Positions 1 through 15,957 are shown, counted from the first letter of the stretch. The stretch is 64,000 nt of DNA from the human T2T-CHM13v2.0 reference genome, Homo sapiens (GCF_009914755.1 NC_060929.1), one strand, 5' to 3'. Notes: generated by a model from the sequence alone, not told the origin. Translations and numbers: made by a program.

Positions 1-643
1 TAAAATATTGCAGAATTGATGTTTGTTTATTGATGGAGTTGGGAGACGCATCTCCTTTAAGTAGCTTACAGTGGGTGAAGGCAAACAAGGAAATCAGTAA
101 TTACAGCGAAGCAAATGTTGGTCCGTAGATACATGGGGTAGAGATATAAACAGCAGATAGTCATTAAGTTTACTACTCCGATCAATTATATTCTTTTTCT
201 TCAATCTGTCCCTAGATCCACCTCTTTTGCCTGACTAAGCCATGTGAGATATTCCAGTGAGATATTCAATTGGCTATTATTTAAAGAGTTTTATGTGAAT
301 ATCACTGTAGAGAATATGGAAGAATTCAGCATCGATTACATTTAGTTTAAAGGTCTTAATCACTAGATAGAAAAGAGATTTACACATCTTAAATTTCCAT
401 TAAAAAGCAGGCATTTGGGGATTAGAAACTGAAGGAAAAGATTTCCAAGAGTAGCTAGTTCTTAAAACACAGTAAGAATATGCTTTAGCTCTTGAACACA
501 GTGTTTGTAGTTACTGTCAGACTCCTTGGGGAAGTGTCTTCTGCTGGGGCTCTCACCTGACAGGCTAACTGCATTAAGATGGGCCACTCAGCTTGAGAAA
601 CAGGAAGAATTGCTGTTGCTCCCGTCTGCTATTTATGTTTTTC

Positions 644-940
644 TTTTTTTTTTTTTTGAGACTGAGTCTCACTCTGTCACCCAGGCTGGAGTGCAGTGGT
701 GCGATCTTGGCTCACTGAAAGCTTCATCTCCCAGGTTCACGCCATTCTCCTGCCTCAGCCTCCCGAGTAGCTGGGATTACAGGTGCCCGCCACCAGGCCG
801 GGCTAATTTTTTTTGTATTTTTAGTAGAGACGGGGTTTCACCGTGTTAGCCAGGATGGTCTCGATCTCATGACCTCATGATCAGCCCACCTCGGCCTCCC
901 AAAGTGCTAGGATTACAGGCGTGAGCCACCACGCCTGGCC
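644..940 (-). mobile_element. AluY-like
   Basis: Poly-T, ttcacgccattctcc and ccgtgttagccaggatgg diagnostics. TSD tgct(a/c)tttatgtttt. Confidence 0.93.
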
Positions 941-1328
941 TGCTCTTTATGTTTTTTCATATGAATTACATTTCCTTACATCCCTATTCAGATGTCGACG
1001 TTACTTTTGCTCAAAAGTGCTCCTTTCTCTTGACTCCTGAGTTGCAAATAGCTTACCAAGGTAGCTGGGACTCTTGACCATGATGTTTTTTAAAATGAAA
1101 TCTGTCAACAAATGAAAGACAGGATTGGTAACTAGTATTTTATCATTCCTCCAGCCTTCATCCTCCAGCTTGATTTATACTAACCACCATCTGAAATTGA
1201 TGATTGTTTCCCATGACCCCACAGGGAGATTCCTTGGATGTAGGAACTCTGCCTGATTTTTGTTTTCCTAGACCTTCAGACACTACTTGGCCCAGAGTAA
1301 TTGCTCTTTATGAATCACTGCTTTAGTC

Positions 1329-1515
1329 CAAGCTTGTCCAGTTCTCTGCCCAGGACTGCTTTGAATGTGGCCCAACACCAGTTTGCAAACTTTCTTAAAA
1401 CATGAGACTTTTTTTTTTCTTTTTTAGCTCATTAGCTATTGTTAGCGTATTTTATGTGTGGCCCAAGACAATTCTTCCAGTGTGGCCCAGGGAAGCCAAA
1501 AGATTGGACACCCCC
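1329..1515 (-). mobile_element. MER30 (hAT-Charlie) fossil
   Basis: gtgtggcccaagacaattcttcc...cccagggaagccaaaagattggacacccc matches the reverse complement of the MER30 terminus. Confidence 0.8.
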
Positions 1516-1592
1516 ACCCTTGCGTTTAGTCTTTAAGACTATTCTACCTTGGGGGAGAAAAGCAAAAATGATTTCTTATTACACGTATTTAA

Positions 1593-1943
<351 letters not shown>

Positions 1944-2442
1944 GAGAGCTAGTTTCCTGATTGATAAAATGTTCACTGTTTGTTCATATCCTCTCCTGTG
2001 TAGTTAGATGGCTACTGAATATATCCTGAGAGCAGGTCCTAAGAGTTTATTTTTCATGTTATTGTTGGAAATAAAAACCCAGAAATATTTTAATAATAGG
2101 AATTAAAGATATGAAGACCCTGATATCTGAAAGCTGAGTGGTTCAAATATGGTGAGCAATGCACTCTTAACTAGACCCATATCTTAAGGGAAAAAAATGT
2201 TTTTAGTACTTTTCTTGGTATCTTCTAATCTTCAGAAAAAAATTCTTAATAGGCAGTCGATGTAAATAAAACAAAATTCTGTATATTTAAAAAGCTGCTT
2301 GCGCTACTGTGTCATTCCTCTGGAATTTTCAAAAGCTGAGATTTTTCTGTATACTTTGAAAGCTAATGAAATCTACCAGCCCACCGGGTAGTAAACAACC
2401 AAGAATTCTTGATGGAGGTATTGTAAAGAAAGGTGATAAGGT

Positions 2443-2767
<325 letters not shown>

Positions 2768-3000
2768 CTAATGAAGGACCCAAAGAACTCTCACTGAGCT
2801 CACCCAGAATGCTTTTCTGGATTAAAGCACAGACTGAGAACCTGTTCTTAACATTAGTGACTTCGGTATGGCTCATTTTGAAGAAAGAAAATTGCCTAAA
2901 TCTATAGTTGAGCTTGCACACATTACAGGTCTCTGGAAATAAGATGCTTAAACAGGTTCTATAATCTGGTTCTTGCTAGGTGAGTGTCCCCTGACATTGC

Positions 3001-3289
3001 TTTTTTTTTTTTTTTTCCGTGATGGAGTCTCGCTCTGCCACTCAGGCTGTAGTGCAGTGGCTCACTGTAACCTCCACCTCTTGGGTTCAAGTGAATCTCC
3101 TGCCTCCACCTCCCGAGTAGCTGGGACTACAGGCATGCACCACCATGCCTGGCTAATTTTTGAATTTTTAGTAGAGACAGTGTTTCACCATGTTGGCCAG
3201 GCTTGTCTTGAATTCCTCACCTCAAGTGATCCACCCACGTCGGCCTCCCAAAGTGCTGGGATTACAGGCATGAGCCACTGTGTCCGGCC
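3001..3289 (-). mobile_element. AluS
   Basis: Dimer. TSD ccctgacattgcttt. Confidence 0.92.
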
Positions 3290-4446
3290 CCCTGACATTG
3301 CTTTCTAAAGTAAGATTACCTGTAGTTCTCAGTGTTCGCCAAGCATGTATGAAACACAACGTATGTTAAGAGGCTGTTTAATTACATAAATGCTTATTTG
3401 GGGGATTCTTGTTCTCAGTGGCCTTCTCTCTTTTGGATGGATATACACAGTTTGATTGGCACTCCTATTGACACTTTATTTGGTTTGTGACTTGTTTGTC
3501 TCGGTGCCTTTCTATTAATATATTTTTTCTATTTAAACTACCCTCTTTTTTTCAGTACAGCACTGGACATTTTCTTTGAAATCTTCCAGATTCATTTGGT
3601 TGTCTTCCTCATCTCAGCTGTCTTATGCAGGAAAAGTGGTCACTGTTCAGTCAATTCATTCTACGTAGCTGGCTATCTGAGTTTTTTTTTTATCGAAACC
3701 AAAATAAAACTTAAAAGAAACAGAAGAAGCTGAGTCTCCCTCCCCTCCCTTTCAACTAACACCTACTGATGTTTATCTTGGAAATAATTTGACGTCTATT
3801 TGATGAAACCTGTAGTTAAGTGTTAATGGAGACTAACGTCAAGCTTCAGAACAGTGAGGAGAAACCTTTAGTATTGTGTGTCTAGCATTTGATGCAAGTG
3901 CTCTGTGGAAACCATGGAAGCTGGGATAAAAATGCTCGCCTGATCCCCAGATAGTCTCATCTGAATGTACTGAGGCATCACCGCATTCATTCCAAATCTG
4001 AACCTGACCTACTTTTCCCCTTCATCTCCTGCCATCTCTTCCCTAGTTTGTCATCTTCTTTTCCAGCACCACGAATGGTTCATGCTTTCTGATAAATATC
4101 TGATGTATGGCATCAATTATATGACTATTTAAACATGACTCATAGTGAACTGTATTTAAATATTGATATGACTCCATGCGTTTTCAAAGAATGTGTGGAA
4201 TGTTCTTTTTGAGTGTCAGTTATTAATCATCTGTTTTCCGTTCAACTTTGGTTATCTTCAGTAAATTTTAATATCTTTCCCTTCAAGAGGACTTCCCAGC
4301 TGTCTGATCAACGGGTAGGAAAGGACAGTTGGTTCAGTGCTTGCTCATGTTAGCCCTGTAAGAAGTCAGCTCAGTTTAGTTCATCCAATAGCTGGGGAAT
4401 AAAACCACACAATTCCCTTCCTTACTTGATATCAATCAACACTTGA

Positions 4447-4772
<326 letters not shown>

Positions 4773-5480
4773 AGCTCTTTCGTAAAGAAAGCCTTGGCAA
4801 ATGTGGAAATTCTCCCTATTCACTACGGTAAATAATTCTTGAGGTTACTAAACTCAGTATCTAAATAAAACAGATCAGTGTGTTAGTACATGGAACAGAA
4901 GGCCATATTTTTGGTTATAACCGTTGACCCCACACTCACCCTGGGGTCTTGGTGTCAATGTCAGGATGTGTTTAAATACCCTAGGCTGTCAATCTTGTAA
5001 TACAACTTTGGTTATCTTTGTTCTAGAGCCTTGCAAAGTAAAGCTGATCCTAGTTAGGACCCAGTTAGGAATTTGGATATATGTGTTGTATTTGCATGTG
5101 ATACTGCCCTTCATTTGAAAACACAGGCTTAAATTAGTGAAGTAGAACTCTTTTAGTCCAGATTACCCCCAAAATCTGTGAATTTGTACTAATTCAAAAT
5201 CCTCTTTGCTGGTAACCGTTGTAATGAGGTCTTTGGAAATTTTATCCTGGTAGCATGGAGGTGTTGCTTCTTTTCATTTGTCTAGTTTTGTAGTCAGAAC
5301 TGTTTATAGAGATGTAATTTTAAAGTGACCCTATGCTATGGTTTGAATATATGTGTTCCACCAAAATTCCTACGTTGGAACCTAATGCCCAGTGTGATGG
5401 TATTAAGTAAGAGCTGGGGCCTTTTGGGAAATGTCGAGGTCATGATTATTCCACCTTCACTAATGGGATTAGTGCTCTTA

Positions 5481-5970
<490 letters not shown>

Positions 5971-5989
5971 TTAAAAAAAGAGAAATAAT

Positions 5990-6095
5990 GTGCCCACTTC
6001 ATCAGCACATATACTAAAATTGGAACCATATAGAGATGAACATGGCTGCTATGCAAGAATGACAGTGCAAATTTGTGAAGCATTCCATATATTTT
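5990..6095 (+). pseudogene. U6 snRNA retropseudogene, near full length
   Basis: gtgcccacttcatcagcacatatactaaaattggaaccatatagaga...gcaaatttgtgaagcattccatatatttt aligns to U6. ACAGAGA box is mutated to ATAGAGA, the AGC triad is lost, CpGs have decayed, and an A-rich tail follows. From memory it may be annotated RNU6-1003P (unverified). Confidence 0.95.
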
Positions 6096-6477
6096 GGAAA
6101 ATAAAAAAGTTGAAGGGAGTGCCCTAGTCCCCTTTTGTCTTTGATCTTGGACTTCCCAACCTACAGAACTGTGAGAAGTAAGTATTGATTCTTTATAAAT
6201 TACCCAATCTAAGGTATTTTGTTAGGGTACCTACTAAACAAAAAGATAAAACTCTTGTGATTTTGATCTTAAGTTGGAAACATAAAACCATCGTTACAGA
6301 GAAGGCAAAACTAGGCAAAGATTTATTTTTGCAATGGCATTTAAAAATATTTAATAGTTTCTTTTAATTATAACATTACAAAATAACACCTTGTAGTCTG
6401 GTGAGCACAGGCTTGCCTAGTGCTTAGCATGTGCCAGGCAGGCCACATTCTAAGCTTTACACAGATTGACATTTTCC

Positions 6478-6778
6478 TTTTTTTTTTTTTTTTCTTGAGG
6501 CCGAGTTTTGCTCTGTTGCCCAGGCTGGAGTGCAGTGATGTGATCTCGCCTCACTGCAACTCCCACCTCTCAGATTCAAGCGATTCTTGTGCCTCAGCCT
6601 CCTGAGTAGCTGGGATTATAGACATGTACCACCAGTCCCGGCTAATTTTTGTGTTTTTAGTAGAGATGGGGTTTCGCCATGTTGGCCAGGATGGTCTTGA
6701 ACTCCAGGCCTCAAGTGATCTGCCTGCCTCAGCTTCCCAAAGTGTTGTGATTACAGGAGTGAACCACTGCGCCTGGCC
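6478..6778 (-). mobile_element. AluS inserted in a MIR (MIR core at ~6805-6900)
   Basis: Dimer, TSD agattgacatttt. Flank attattatcccattgtacaaatgaagaaactgtggcacagaga is MIR core on the minus strand. Confidence 0.9.
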
Positions 6779-7682
6779 CAAAGATTGACATTTTAAAATA
6801 CAGCAGCTAGGTGGGGTGGATTCTATTATTATCCCATTGTACAAATGAAGAAACTGTGGCACAGAGAAATTAATAATAGGTTACGTAGCCAGTGTAACCC
6901 AGAACATCTTAGTTCATGTTGCATGTCTCTCATTTGCTGGAAGCATATCAGTCAACAAGAAAATTATTGTTTTGCTTCCAGTTTGAGTAATGTTCCTGTG
7001 ACTTCTTTAAGTGCTGTATATTTGCTGCATTTGCTGGGAGTGAACGAGGCCCTGAAGCTTTCGTAGATCTGTGCAGGAACTGGAGTGAGCCAGTGTGTGC
7101 CACCATGGGTGTCCCTCGATGTTCTCTCCTGTCCCTTCAACTGTGCTCTGCAGGAGTCAGACCTGTGGGGACAGTTCACAGGAACAAAACAGAAGCTCCA
7201 ACCAAGAGCTGCAGGATTTAAGGACAAGGCTGCAAAACAAGTACGTGGAGCTGGCACGCAAACTCAGGGCTTTCTGAAACACAAACTTCAGCATTTAATT
7301 AAATGGGGGAAGGAAGGAACTCTCAACCGAGATACTGAACTGCACTGTGTCTCTACAAAATGCGAGTGTCCCACATTTTAAGGGTGAATGGATATCTCTA
7401 AAAGAAAACACCTCTCTCATTCACGTCTATTCTGTATGCTTTCTTGATTGGCTGAGGAAGGGGTGAAATCATGCTCTCCTTTCATTCCCCTCCTTCGACT
7501 AGGAAGGCGTTCTTTGATGCACCATTAATAGTTTTAGCAATTACTCTCAACCATAGTGAATGTGTAACTCCTGTTTTCATTTAAATTTGATCAATGACTC
7601 AGTTGTTATTAAAATGCAAGAAATAGTAGAAGTTTTTGTATATATATACCTGTGATGAGTGCGGGTGAGAATGGTCCTGTGG

Positions 7683-7982
7683 TTTTATTTCTCTTTTTTG
7701 TTCGACTTTATTTGTTAGATCAGTTTCATGTTCACACGAAATTGAGTGGAAGGTACGGAGGTTTCCCATATAAGTCTTGCGCCGCCCCCCACCCCATGCA
7801 TAGTTTCCCTCATTATCAACATCCCCCAGCAGAATACGTCTGTCACAATTGATAAACTTGCATTGACACATCATTGTCACCCAAAGTCCTTTGTTTACAT
7901 TAGGGTTCCCTCTTGGTGTTGTACCTTCTGTGAGTTTGGACAAATTTATAATGACACGTATCTCCAATTAGAGTAGCATAAT
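7683..7982 (-). mobile_element. Old L1 3' end (L1MC-like)
   Basis: cattgacacatcattgtcacccaaagtcc...tacattagggttccctcttggtgttgtac...ttggacaaat resembles the L1MC 3' UTR. Confidence 0.75.
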
Positions 7983-8531
7983 TTTATCTCTTTATAAATG
8001 CTCAAGTCAGGGCTTCTTATTTTAATTTAAGGGGGATTAAATGATCGTAAGTGCATTTGTTACATCATTGTGCTTATTAATAATCTGTTTAAAGTATCTG
8101 TAATGCTTTGTGTTATAACTTTAAACAACAGAAAATGATGTTATTTGTAACGGTACATCCTTGCTCTGCGTGCTAATGTCCTTGAGGAGTCGAAGTAAGT
8201 CTAGGAAAAAAAAAGTCAACTCAGTTTAAAAAAAAAAAAAGGTAATCGTAAGCATTTTTTTTTCCTTCTAAAAGGATTTCTTTGTGTTTGGGGGCAGGGA
8301 GGACATGTCTTGAAATAAGTGAACATGTGCTTGTAAAATGTTTTTTAAGTGTTGTCGTCCCTGTAAGTCTGTGCCTTTCTGAAAATCTGGGTATGAAACC
8401 AGATCATGTGTGTAAAGGGAAATGGAACATTCTGGAACACCTGTAGTCTGTTGCCCCCAGCAAGTTGACATGCTAACATGCTAGGTGACAAAAGGGCATC
8501 ATGATAAAGCCACTGAGACTTAAATTCTTGC

Positions 8532-8832
8532 TTTTTTTTTTTTTTAAGAGGGAGTCTCATTCTGTCGCCCAGGCTGGAGTGCAGGGCCGCGATCTTGACT
8601 CACTGCAACCTCCACTTTCTGGGTTCAAGCAATTCTTGTGCCTTAACCCCCCGAGTAGCTGGGACTATGGGCGTGGTGCGTACCACCACGTCCAGCTGAT
8701 TTTTGTATTTTTAGTAGAGACAGGGTTTCGCCACGTTGGCCAGGCTAGTCTCGAAGTCCTGACCTCAGATGATTTGCCTGCCTTGGCCTCCCAAAGTGCT
8801 GGGGTTACAGGCATGAGCCACCACGCCCGGCT
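8532..8832 (-). mobile_element. AluS
   Basis: Full dimer with poly-T. Confidence 0.9.
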
Positions 8833-10073
8833 CCCTCCAACCTTCTTAACTTCAGTTTCCGGTGTCTAACTTGACACTATTGATGTCTGCCTCTTGCTAT
8901 GAATTAGCAAAAGGTGAGGATTGGCCAGGCACAGAGTAATGTCTCCATAAGGGTTGGCTGTTCCTGCCATTCTCCTGCCTGTTCTAATCTAGATCTCTGT
9001 TTCCTTTATAGCATTCACAACACATGGTCATTATTTTATTTGTGAATTTGTCTTACTTGTTTTTGGATTGTGTCTCACCATATGATCTTGTTGTTGGTGA
9101 ACTTGTCTTATTTATGTGTGACTCTCACCATTTCCCTTCCTAGTCTGTCATGGAAGCTCTATGCCTCCAGACCCTGGGTCTGTCTCCCTAACACCCTGCA
9201 CCTTGGTTCTCACCGAATGCTTGTCCACTGCCAGCAGAAAACAAAACACTGCTGTGTCCCTGCAAAGCACTGCAGCTCTTGCCAGAATGTTCATCGTGTG
9301 TGACTTTTCAAGTGCAATAAGTCATGGGTACTATGTGAAATTGGATAAAGATAATTTTTTTGCAAATATATCCTTACATTGTAAACTATCAGCTAGGGTT
9401 GAAGTTTTCTAATTGATATTTTAGGTTCTTAAATATTGGAAGATAACTTTTAATTTGGTGAGATTCTATACATGAACATATTTCCAATGTATACCTTCTT
9501 GATAAGATTATACGTATTGTACATTCTCGGAATCTGGAGGACACAATAATTAAGTGAAAGGTGGCTTTAACACCATGTGTGCTTTTTCAGACAAGTAAAT
9601 TAGTCCATGCCAGTGTAATGGGATCTGCTTATAAGTGATCTACTTTAACATCAGACTTGATTCTCTATGGTGTCACTTTTTGTTTGATTTGTTTTGTGTA
9701 TTTAGGTAACAATGATATCAAACCTCAAACATAAAACATAATAGTGTTTTCCAGTATCAGGAAAACAGATTCCTTAAGGATCCCTAATGCATGAGTGTCT
9801 AGGGGCCTAGGTTCTAGTTAGTAAACTCCACTAAGCTGAGGATCTGAGACTGGGCACGGCCAGAGGAATCCTGGGAGTCATCGTTTACAACTCTGCATTT
9901 TAGGGGTGAGGGAGCTCGTGACAGAGGGTCTGGGTGTGACCCACAAGCACACTGCCATTGTTTACATCGTCAGACTTAAGAGTTCTGTTTTGGCCTTCGT
10001 GGGACTTGATAGGAGGGAAGGCATTGAATATATATTTGTGTTTATGTATATCAAAGATACTATAATTGTAGTG

Positions 10074-10353
10074 TTTTTTTTTTTTTTTTGAGACGGAGTC
10101 TCGCTCTGTTGCCAGGCTGTAGTGCAGTGGTGCGATCTTGGCTAACTGCAACCTCCACCTCCTGGGTTCAAGCGGTTCTCCTGCCTCAGCCTCCTGAGTA
10201 GCTGGGACTACAGATGTGCGCCACCATGCCCAGCTAATTTTGTAGTTTTAGTAGAGATGGGGTTTCACCATGTTGGCCAGGCTGGTCTCATGATCCACCC
10301 GCCTCGGCCTCCCAAAGTGCTGGGATTACAGGCGTGAGCCACCATGCCCAGCC
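10074..10353 (-). mobile_element. AluS
   Basis: Dimer. TSD gatactataatt(g/a)tagt. Confidence 0.92.
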
Positions 10354-10401
10354 GATACTATAATTATAGTTTTAAAAAATGTACTTAAATATCAGTGTTG
10401 A

Positions 10402-10703
10402 GCCGGGTGCAGTGGCTCACGCCTGTAATCCCAGCACTTTGGGAGGCCGAGGTGGGTAGATCTTGAGGTCAGGAGTTCAAGACCAGCCTGACCAATATGA
10501 TGAAACCCCGTCTCTACTAAAAATACAAAAATTAGCTGGGTGTGGTGGTGTGCATCTGTAATCCCAGCTACTCAGGAGGCTGAGGCAGGAGAATTGCTTG
10601 CAGCTGGGAGATGGAGGTTGCCGTGAGCTGAGCTCACACCATTACACTCTAGCCTGGGCAACAGAGTGAAAGTGAGACTCCGTCTCAAAAAAAAAAAAAA
10701 AAA
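10402..10703 (+). mobile_element. AluS
   Basis: Dimer with A-tail. TSD atcagtgttga. Confidence 0.92.
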
Positions 10704-11578
10704 ATCAGTGTTGAAATGTGACATTTTTTTCCCTGTAGTGGCTGTCAAATAATTCATATTTAAAATTATTTTTGCTTTCTCCCATTTTGAAGATGGAGTT
10801 TTATGTTATAATTGTTGATATTACAACAGACATCTTACAAATGCTAAATCTAAATGCCAAATATATGATATTATTGTATTCAGGAGACCAAATCTATCAA
10901 TACCACTTTGTGGTTAATTTATTTTTAAAAATAAACACTCTTACCTCAGCAATTTAATATGAGATTAATGATAATAAATTTTATAGGCCTTTAAAAATTA
11001 GTAGGCTCTGTGTAGAAAGTTACTTTTTTTTTTTTCTCTAGGCAGAAAATCTCAGTTTTTACTGTTTGGCTTACTTTTTTAAAAAACAAAAACTTACAGA
11101 GAAAAATTGCTGGAGTGGCTGAAGGAAAAATGGAGAAAGGGATAAAAGAAAGATGGAAGAAGAAATTGAGATCACAGTGAATAAATACATTGCTCAGGAT
11201 AACTCAGGGGGTAGCAGAAGCCCTGGGATTCAGAACCAAGTCTGTATAATGCCTGAGCTTGTGTGCTGGCTTTCATGGAGTCAAAATGTAAAACTAGGGG
11301 ACAGTAGGGCATTACTACTAATAAGTCGAATAATACCAACGCGTGGATAGAGAAAAAAAAATCAAGAGAATTCCAGGAAAAAGAAAAAAACACCACGGTT
11401 AGATGTTTTCTAGAATTTTCTATAATTATTGGAGAAGGTTTCTCTGGGGTATTTGGAGGAGTTCTTTCAGCCAGAAACAATAGCCACAACTTGTCCCAGC
11501 TGTGGGATGGGCTTGGCCTCTTTAAAGGACAGTTGAGACTCTCTTGACAAGAACCCAACACTGTAAAATAAAAGACCT

Positions 11579-12032
<454 letters not shown>

Positions 12033-12253
12033 ATGTCAACTCACATCTCTGTGACTAGATGCAGGCTTCTTAGGATATTTGTAACTTGAAGAAATCTGGA
12101 AGGACCTCATTCTCTAATTGCCCATTTTCCCAATTTGCTTTACAAATCCTTCTGTGGAAAGTCTTTTTGAAAATAGCATTTTTGCTCCCTCTTAGCCTCT
12201 GGGGTTCTGAACGCTTTGGCAGTGACCATTGAGAATCACCCTGCCTTCCATCA

Positions 12254-12595
<342 letters not shown>

Positions 12596-14432
12596 TGCCA
12601 TTTGGATTTCTGAAAGCAAGGTTTGTCTTTTAAATGTCAGTTGGATTTCCGAATGTTGGATTCTTAAAGTTCTGAACATGTAAAGTATAGGCCACTGGAT
12701 CTCAGAGCTTTTTATCCAGGTGCCCAGAGGCTGAGAAAATGCCCCATAGGTTCTATAAAGGACATGGATCCTGACTTCATACAGGTCAACAACTATGTTA
12801 CTGTGTTTTTATCTGGTTTAGAGGATGGGAAACCCATCAGTGTTATTATGCCTTCATTCAATTATGGAAGAAATCGGTTGAATACCAGACTGCCCAATGA
12901 ATGTAGTTTCTGTATATTTTCAGGCTTTTAGACTGATCTGAAGTTGTGCCTCTATGCACGAATGCTGCTTCTTCAAAAGGTGCCAGTGGCTGGGGGTCAA
13001 CTTTGATGTGGCCTATAAAGTTCCTGGCCCAGCACTTAGGCCTGCCTTTCAGGACATAACCTCTCAGCTGGATTTAAGAAATAGCATCTCTTTCAGTGTG
13101 AGGCAGCGGCAGGAATGAAGTGTGTTCGTGTCCGTGTGCTGGCGCTTCGTATGTACATTTTTGTTGCGTCTTTAACTTAGAAAATCAGTAGACTTTATGA
13201 GTATCAGAGGATAAATGTACTGCAGAGGATGAGAAAATATTTAGCGTTTTTGTGGTCTCTCTTCAGCAGTGCCTCCCTCTTTCCTGGAAAAGGGCATTGG
13301 TGACCAGAGAAATTGTGATTCTGTTTGCATCCTAGGCCACCATGGAGTTGACTTATGTGTAGACTGGCCATAGCCCAGGGTCATCCCTCCCCTCTCTGTC
13401 TTGTTCTCAGTTGCTTGTCATCATTTCCATTCAAACACTTGAATATTCCAGATCTGGGATAGTGGGCAGATGGTTTCATGCTATTCAATATTCTAGTAAA
13501 TATCTTTTCAATGGTTACCTGTAGTCAGTCACATTGTCAGAATTCTCACTTCAGCTATACGTGTGACAATCCCTTGGCTCACACTTAAATTTAACCCAGT
13601 GCTTGTAAACTGTGGAAATTAAAGGACCTAGTTGATACCAAATGTCCGTTATCTGGAGTAGCCTCTGTCGGTAGCTGGATGCCTTCATTTGATGTGAAAA
13701 CAATTGTGTCATAGTTGAAAATAAAAGAATGTTTTTCAGCATGTGCTGTTGCTGTGTGCTGGATAAGACTTTTATAATTAAAAATTTCCCCTGAATGTCA
13801 ATACATATATGGTATTCATTTTATAGTGGACTATGCTGTGTTACTTTAGAGAGGCTACTGCTGCAGAACCATCAGAAAATATCTGTTTCAGCCCCAATTG
13901 GACATGACTCTCGGGTATGCTGTTGTTTAATAATCATTACATTAGACGGTTCAATCTTTATCCAAAGATTGGACATTCTCATTGCATACATTTGAGGGTT
14001 AATAAAACCAAGCTCAGGCACTTCGGTATTCTTTTAAACTCTGAATGATGTCCCCTGTAGAATGTGAATGATTTCCAGCCCGTGTTTACCATGTCCTAAA
14101 ACACGCATATTTATGGGTGCCTACAAGATGGCACAGAATGAATCAAAACCATAATCTCTTAAAAAATATGTACCACACTGCAGTTGTGCTTGTTGATAAT
14201 TTAAAAAGCACGTTTACATGTGGTGCGCCTATTCTAGGTCTCCTTGATTTCCTTCTTCCCTTTGTACCACCACTCCATGGGCTGTAGCATCCTTTAAGTA
14301 TGGAGGCCCTGCTCCATGTCATAGTAACCATCAACACACACTCCCATCCCCAATTAACTGTAGTTTGCAAAATTATATATGTGTTGCATTGTAGAGGCTC
14401 ATTGGCATAAGTATTCCTGTAGACAAACACTT

Positions 14433-15039
14433 ATTAAAATCTAGAGGTCTTCTTTTTTGTATTTTGGTGGCACTATTTTATTTTCTGAGATCTCAAACTT
14501 TTACACTTTCATGGCCCTTGTGAGCTCAGACCCCCTTATTCTGTGCCTGCAGAGCCCAACGCAGGAACCGTCCCTGTTGTTGGCCTTGCATTGATGGTGG
14601 GCCTGTCCTGTGTGGGGTGCAGTAAATGTGAGTCTTCCTGCAGCCTTCTTGCTTTCATCCAGAAGCAAATTTGGTCAAAACAAGAAGCCGTCTGCTCCTC
14701 TCTTGGGGATGCCTGTAGCAGCAAGTCAGGATTTTTATCTCCTTGGATTGCAACATTCAGGGCCTTCTGCGTGGTAGATCCCTACTGAGCTTTGGGGCCA
14801 GCAAAAGTCTAGATGGGTATGATTAACTGGTGAGGAATTTCAGAAGCCAGATGCAGTTACTGTTCCAACCATGAGGCTTTTCCAGTCACATTGAGTCAAT
14901 GCTAAGGCATTTTCCTGGCATACACTTTTTTTAACCCTTCCTAAAATCACAAAACCAAAGGGTTTTAACCCTTTGAGTTTGAGATCTCAGAAAATAAAAT
15001 AGTGCCACCAAAATACAAAAAAGACCTCTAGATTTTAAT
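14433..15039. repeat. Inverted repeat: arms 14433-14499 and 14976-15039, spacer 476 bp
   Basis: Arm 2 is the exact reverse complement of arm 1 except for one 3-nt indel. Confidence 0.95.
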
Positions 15040-15315
15040 GTGACCACAACCTTTTTACCTTTTTTAAACTTCAATTTAGACTCTATTTTTTTTCTATAAA
15101 TGATTCTGTCTGTAGTAACGTTTATCTATCTTTGCATCTTCCGACTTTATTAATTTTTCTTCAACCCACAACTTGATCTAAGTCTTTTTCTTGACCATTT
15201 GTAAGGCTTCTCATTCTAATGTGTTTTAAGGATTTCCTTTTATTTTTACCTATTGCTGACACCCTTCTTGCTAGTGCTGTTTTGTCCACCTATACTGAGG
15301 TACACCATTGATTTT

Positions 15316-15626
<311 letters not shown>

Positions 15627-15957
15627 TGATTTTAATTTGGGGCATATTCCACTTGACTTTAAAAGGTCGCTTTGTTCTTTACAAAACTTTGCACTTCGTA
15701 AAAAGTGTGTTCTTTGATGAACTTGTCTATTCTTTTCTGAAATTTTCAGCATTGACTTTATGGTAACTATTAACAATCAGTCTAATTTTTTGTTACTATT
15801 TATTTTTTACAGCATCAATATATAATTTATGTGGAGAAGTCAATGAACAGACTTGGCATTTTTAAGTGATTCTATACTCCAAATACTGGTCATTGAGAAA
15901 AGTTTGTTTGAGAGATGATCATAGGGGAAGGGGTCGCATGAATATTGTATCGTCTAA

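Noticed and set aside
4062-4080. REST/NRSE site (ccagcaccacgaatgg)
   Set aside because: Only the left half-site matches; the GGACAG half is missing.
5990-6095. Functional U6 gene
   Set aside because: ACAGAGA box and AGC triad are mutated, the upstream sequence is an Alu tail rather than a PSE/TATA promoter, and it has a retroposition tail.
14433-15039. piggyBac/MITE interpretation of the inverted repeat
   Set aside because: The terminal TTAA is just part of the inverted arms. There are no CCC...GGG or CAG...CTG termini, and arm identity is too high for an extinct primate DNA transposon.
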